A stretch of 64,000 bases of DNA, taken from positions 224,001 through 288,000 of the forward strand of contig CAWEJX010000008.1 in the NCBI GenBank assembly GCA_963809485.1. The letters are read 5' to 3'. Position 1 is the first letter of the stretch. Each line of letters begins with the position of its first letter. Under the pieces are notes generated by a model. It was not told the DNA's origin. It worked only from the letters and a program-made list of their open reading frames with translations, and made no database searches. Of this stretch, positions 62,866-64,000 are shown piece by piece. The position numbers and the translations under genes are program-made. The DNA comes from an uncultured Acidobacteriota bacterium. GTDB lineage: Bacteria; Acidobacteriota; UBA6911.

Positions 62866-64000
62866 TTATATTTCACGGGCTGTGCGGAGGCCGGTGCCGA
62901 TTGCATCCGCAATCAGCAGGGGATCTTTGCAGTCGCCGATGGCATAGACTTCAGGCACTTTGCGCTTGAGGCTTTCGAGCAGATCGTTGTTTGGCGTCAG
63001 AGGCAAAGCCGTCACGATGCTGTCGGCCTCGATCGTCTGTCTCTTGCCGTCACCCGCAATAATGGTCAAGCCTCTATCGGTGACTTCCACGTACTCCTTG
63101 ACTCCGCTTATCAAAGTCACTCCCTTTTTCCTGAACCAGATTAGGAGATAGGCCTGAAGTGCATCCACCATGCCATCGCCGATCGTCGGCTTGGTCTCCA
63201 CGACGGTTACTTTTCGGCCCCGTTTGGTGAGAAATTCGGCAAGTTCGGCGCCCTGGATGGCTCCGCCGATTACGACAACCCTTTTCCCGACCGGCATGTA
63301 AAACCGGGTCAGGTCCCGTATGGTCTCGGGTTTAAAAAACTTCAAGTAAAACTTTAACTTTTGATGCAAAGCCACGCCGCTGACTACAATCGGCTTATCG
63401 ATGCCCGGGATTTTCGGGATTGTAGACGTAGCGCCGGTGGCCAGGAAAACCACGTCGGGTTTAAGCCTGTCGACCACGGAGAGATCCGCCTCCTGCCCGA
63501 GCTCGATTTTCACGCCAAGCTTGGCAAGCTGACGTGAAAAATAATTGATGATGAGCGACAGGTCTTCCGGATGGGTTCCCTTCACAATCGACGCTATGGG
63601 AAGCAATCCCCCGAGCGCGCTTGACTTTTCGTGAAGCGTTACATCGTGGCCCCTCAGAGCGGAGACCCTGGCTGCCGACATCCCTGCGGGCCCGCCGCCG
63701 ATCACGAGGACTTTTTTCCTTTTCTCCGCTTTTTCAATGGTGTTATAGGGGGTGCCCAACAAGCCGTTTATTCTGCATCTTCGGCTTCCGAGACAGTTGT
63801 CGCAGCCGGTGCACGGCTGGATGTCCTCCAGCCTTCCCTCCGCGATCTTTTTGGGATAATCCGGGTCGGCCAGAAGGCGCCGGGTCATCGCGATGAAATC
63901 AACCTTGCCCTCGCGGAGCAATCCTTCGCCGATGTCGGCATCGAGTTTGGCTACAACCGTAACAGGTATGGATACGGCGCTTTTGATCCCTGCGGCCGCG
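62866..64000 (-). CDS. NADH:flavin oxidoreductase (OYE + FAD domain; FadH/BaiCD-like), 5' part outside window
   Basis: RRLLADPD, CTGCDNC..C (Fe-S), VIGGGPAGM, VVIGGAIQGAELAE, IGDC. Confidence 0.9.
   Translation of the reverse strand, partial: AAAGIKSAVSIPVTVVAKLDADIGEGLLREGKVDFIAMTRRLLADPDYPKKIAEGRLEDIQPCTGCDNCLGSRRCRINGLLGTPYNTIEKAEKRKKVLVIGGGPAGMSAARVSALRGHDVTLHEKSSALGGLLPIASIVKGTHPEDLSLIINYFSRQLAKLGVKIELGQEADLSVVDRLKPDVVFLATGATSTIPKIPGIDKPIVVSGVALHQKLKFYLKFFKPETIRDLTRFYMPVGKRVVVIGGAIQGAELAEFLTKRGRKVTVVETKPTIGDGMVDALQAYLLIWFRKKGVTLISGVKEYVEVTDRGLTIIAGDGKRQTIEADSIVTALPLTPNNDLLESLKRKVPEVYAIGDCKDPLLIADAIGTGLRTAREI

Overview
Bacterial chromosomal window, roughly 55-60% GC by eye. The gene content suggests an anaerobic diderm, possibly Acidobacteriota or Desulfobacterota (inference). 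I saw no rRNA, tRNA, CRISPR array or intact transposase. 0-12 kb: a HlyD/DUF3302/outer-membrane-factor unit, an AbiE pair, a FixL/FixJ-like two-component pair, a PemK/MazF toxin-antitoxin pair and an Omp85-type barrel. 12-17 kb: a heavily frameshifted PFOR (nifJ) and a ferritin-like gene. 17-50 kb: an envelope/ion-homeostasis island (cax, VIT, MscS, aquaporin, several beta-barrels, an Omp85 plus an exported kinase-like protein, MltF, DUF3300/DUF2950, exported glutaminase, DUF4136, DUF481, three kinases, response regulators). Its intergenic regions carry 9 exact and 2 one-mismatch copies of one palindrome, CTGTMA-N4-TKACAG, pointing to an apparently undescribed regulon. 51-58 kb: pyk-glgX-cyclase, divergent from an archaeal-type GAPOR-family oxidoreductase. 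58-64 kb: a CoA-dependent catabolic operon. Intergenic DNA is rich in palindromic repeats, including five IS200/IS605-like non-autonomous elements whose nested central 43-bp loop occurs in both orientations. Many single-base frameshifts are probably assembly errors.
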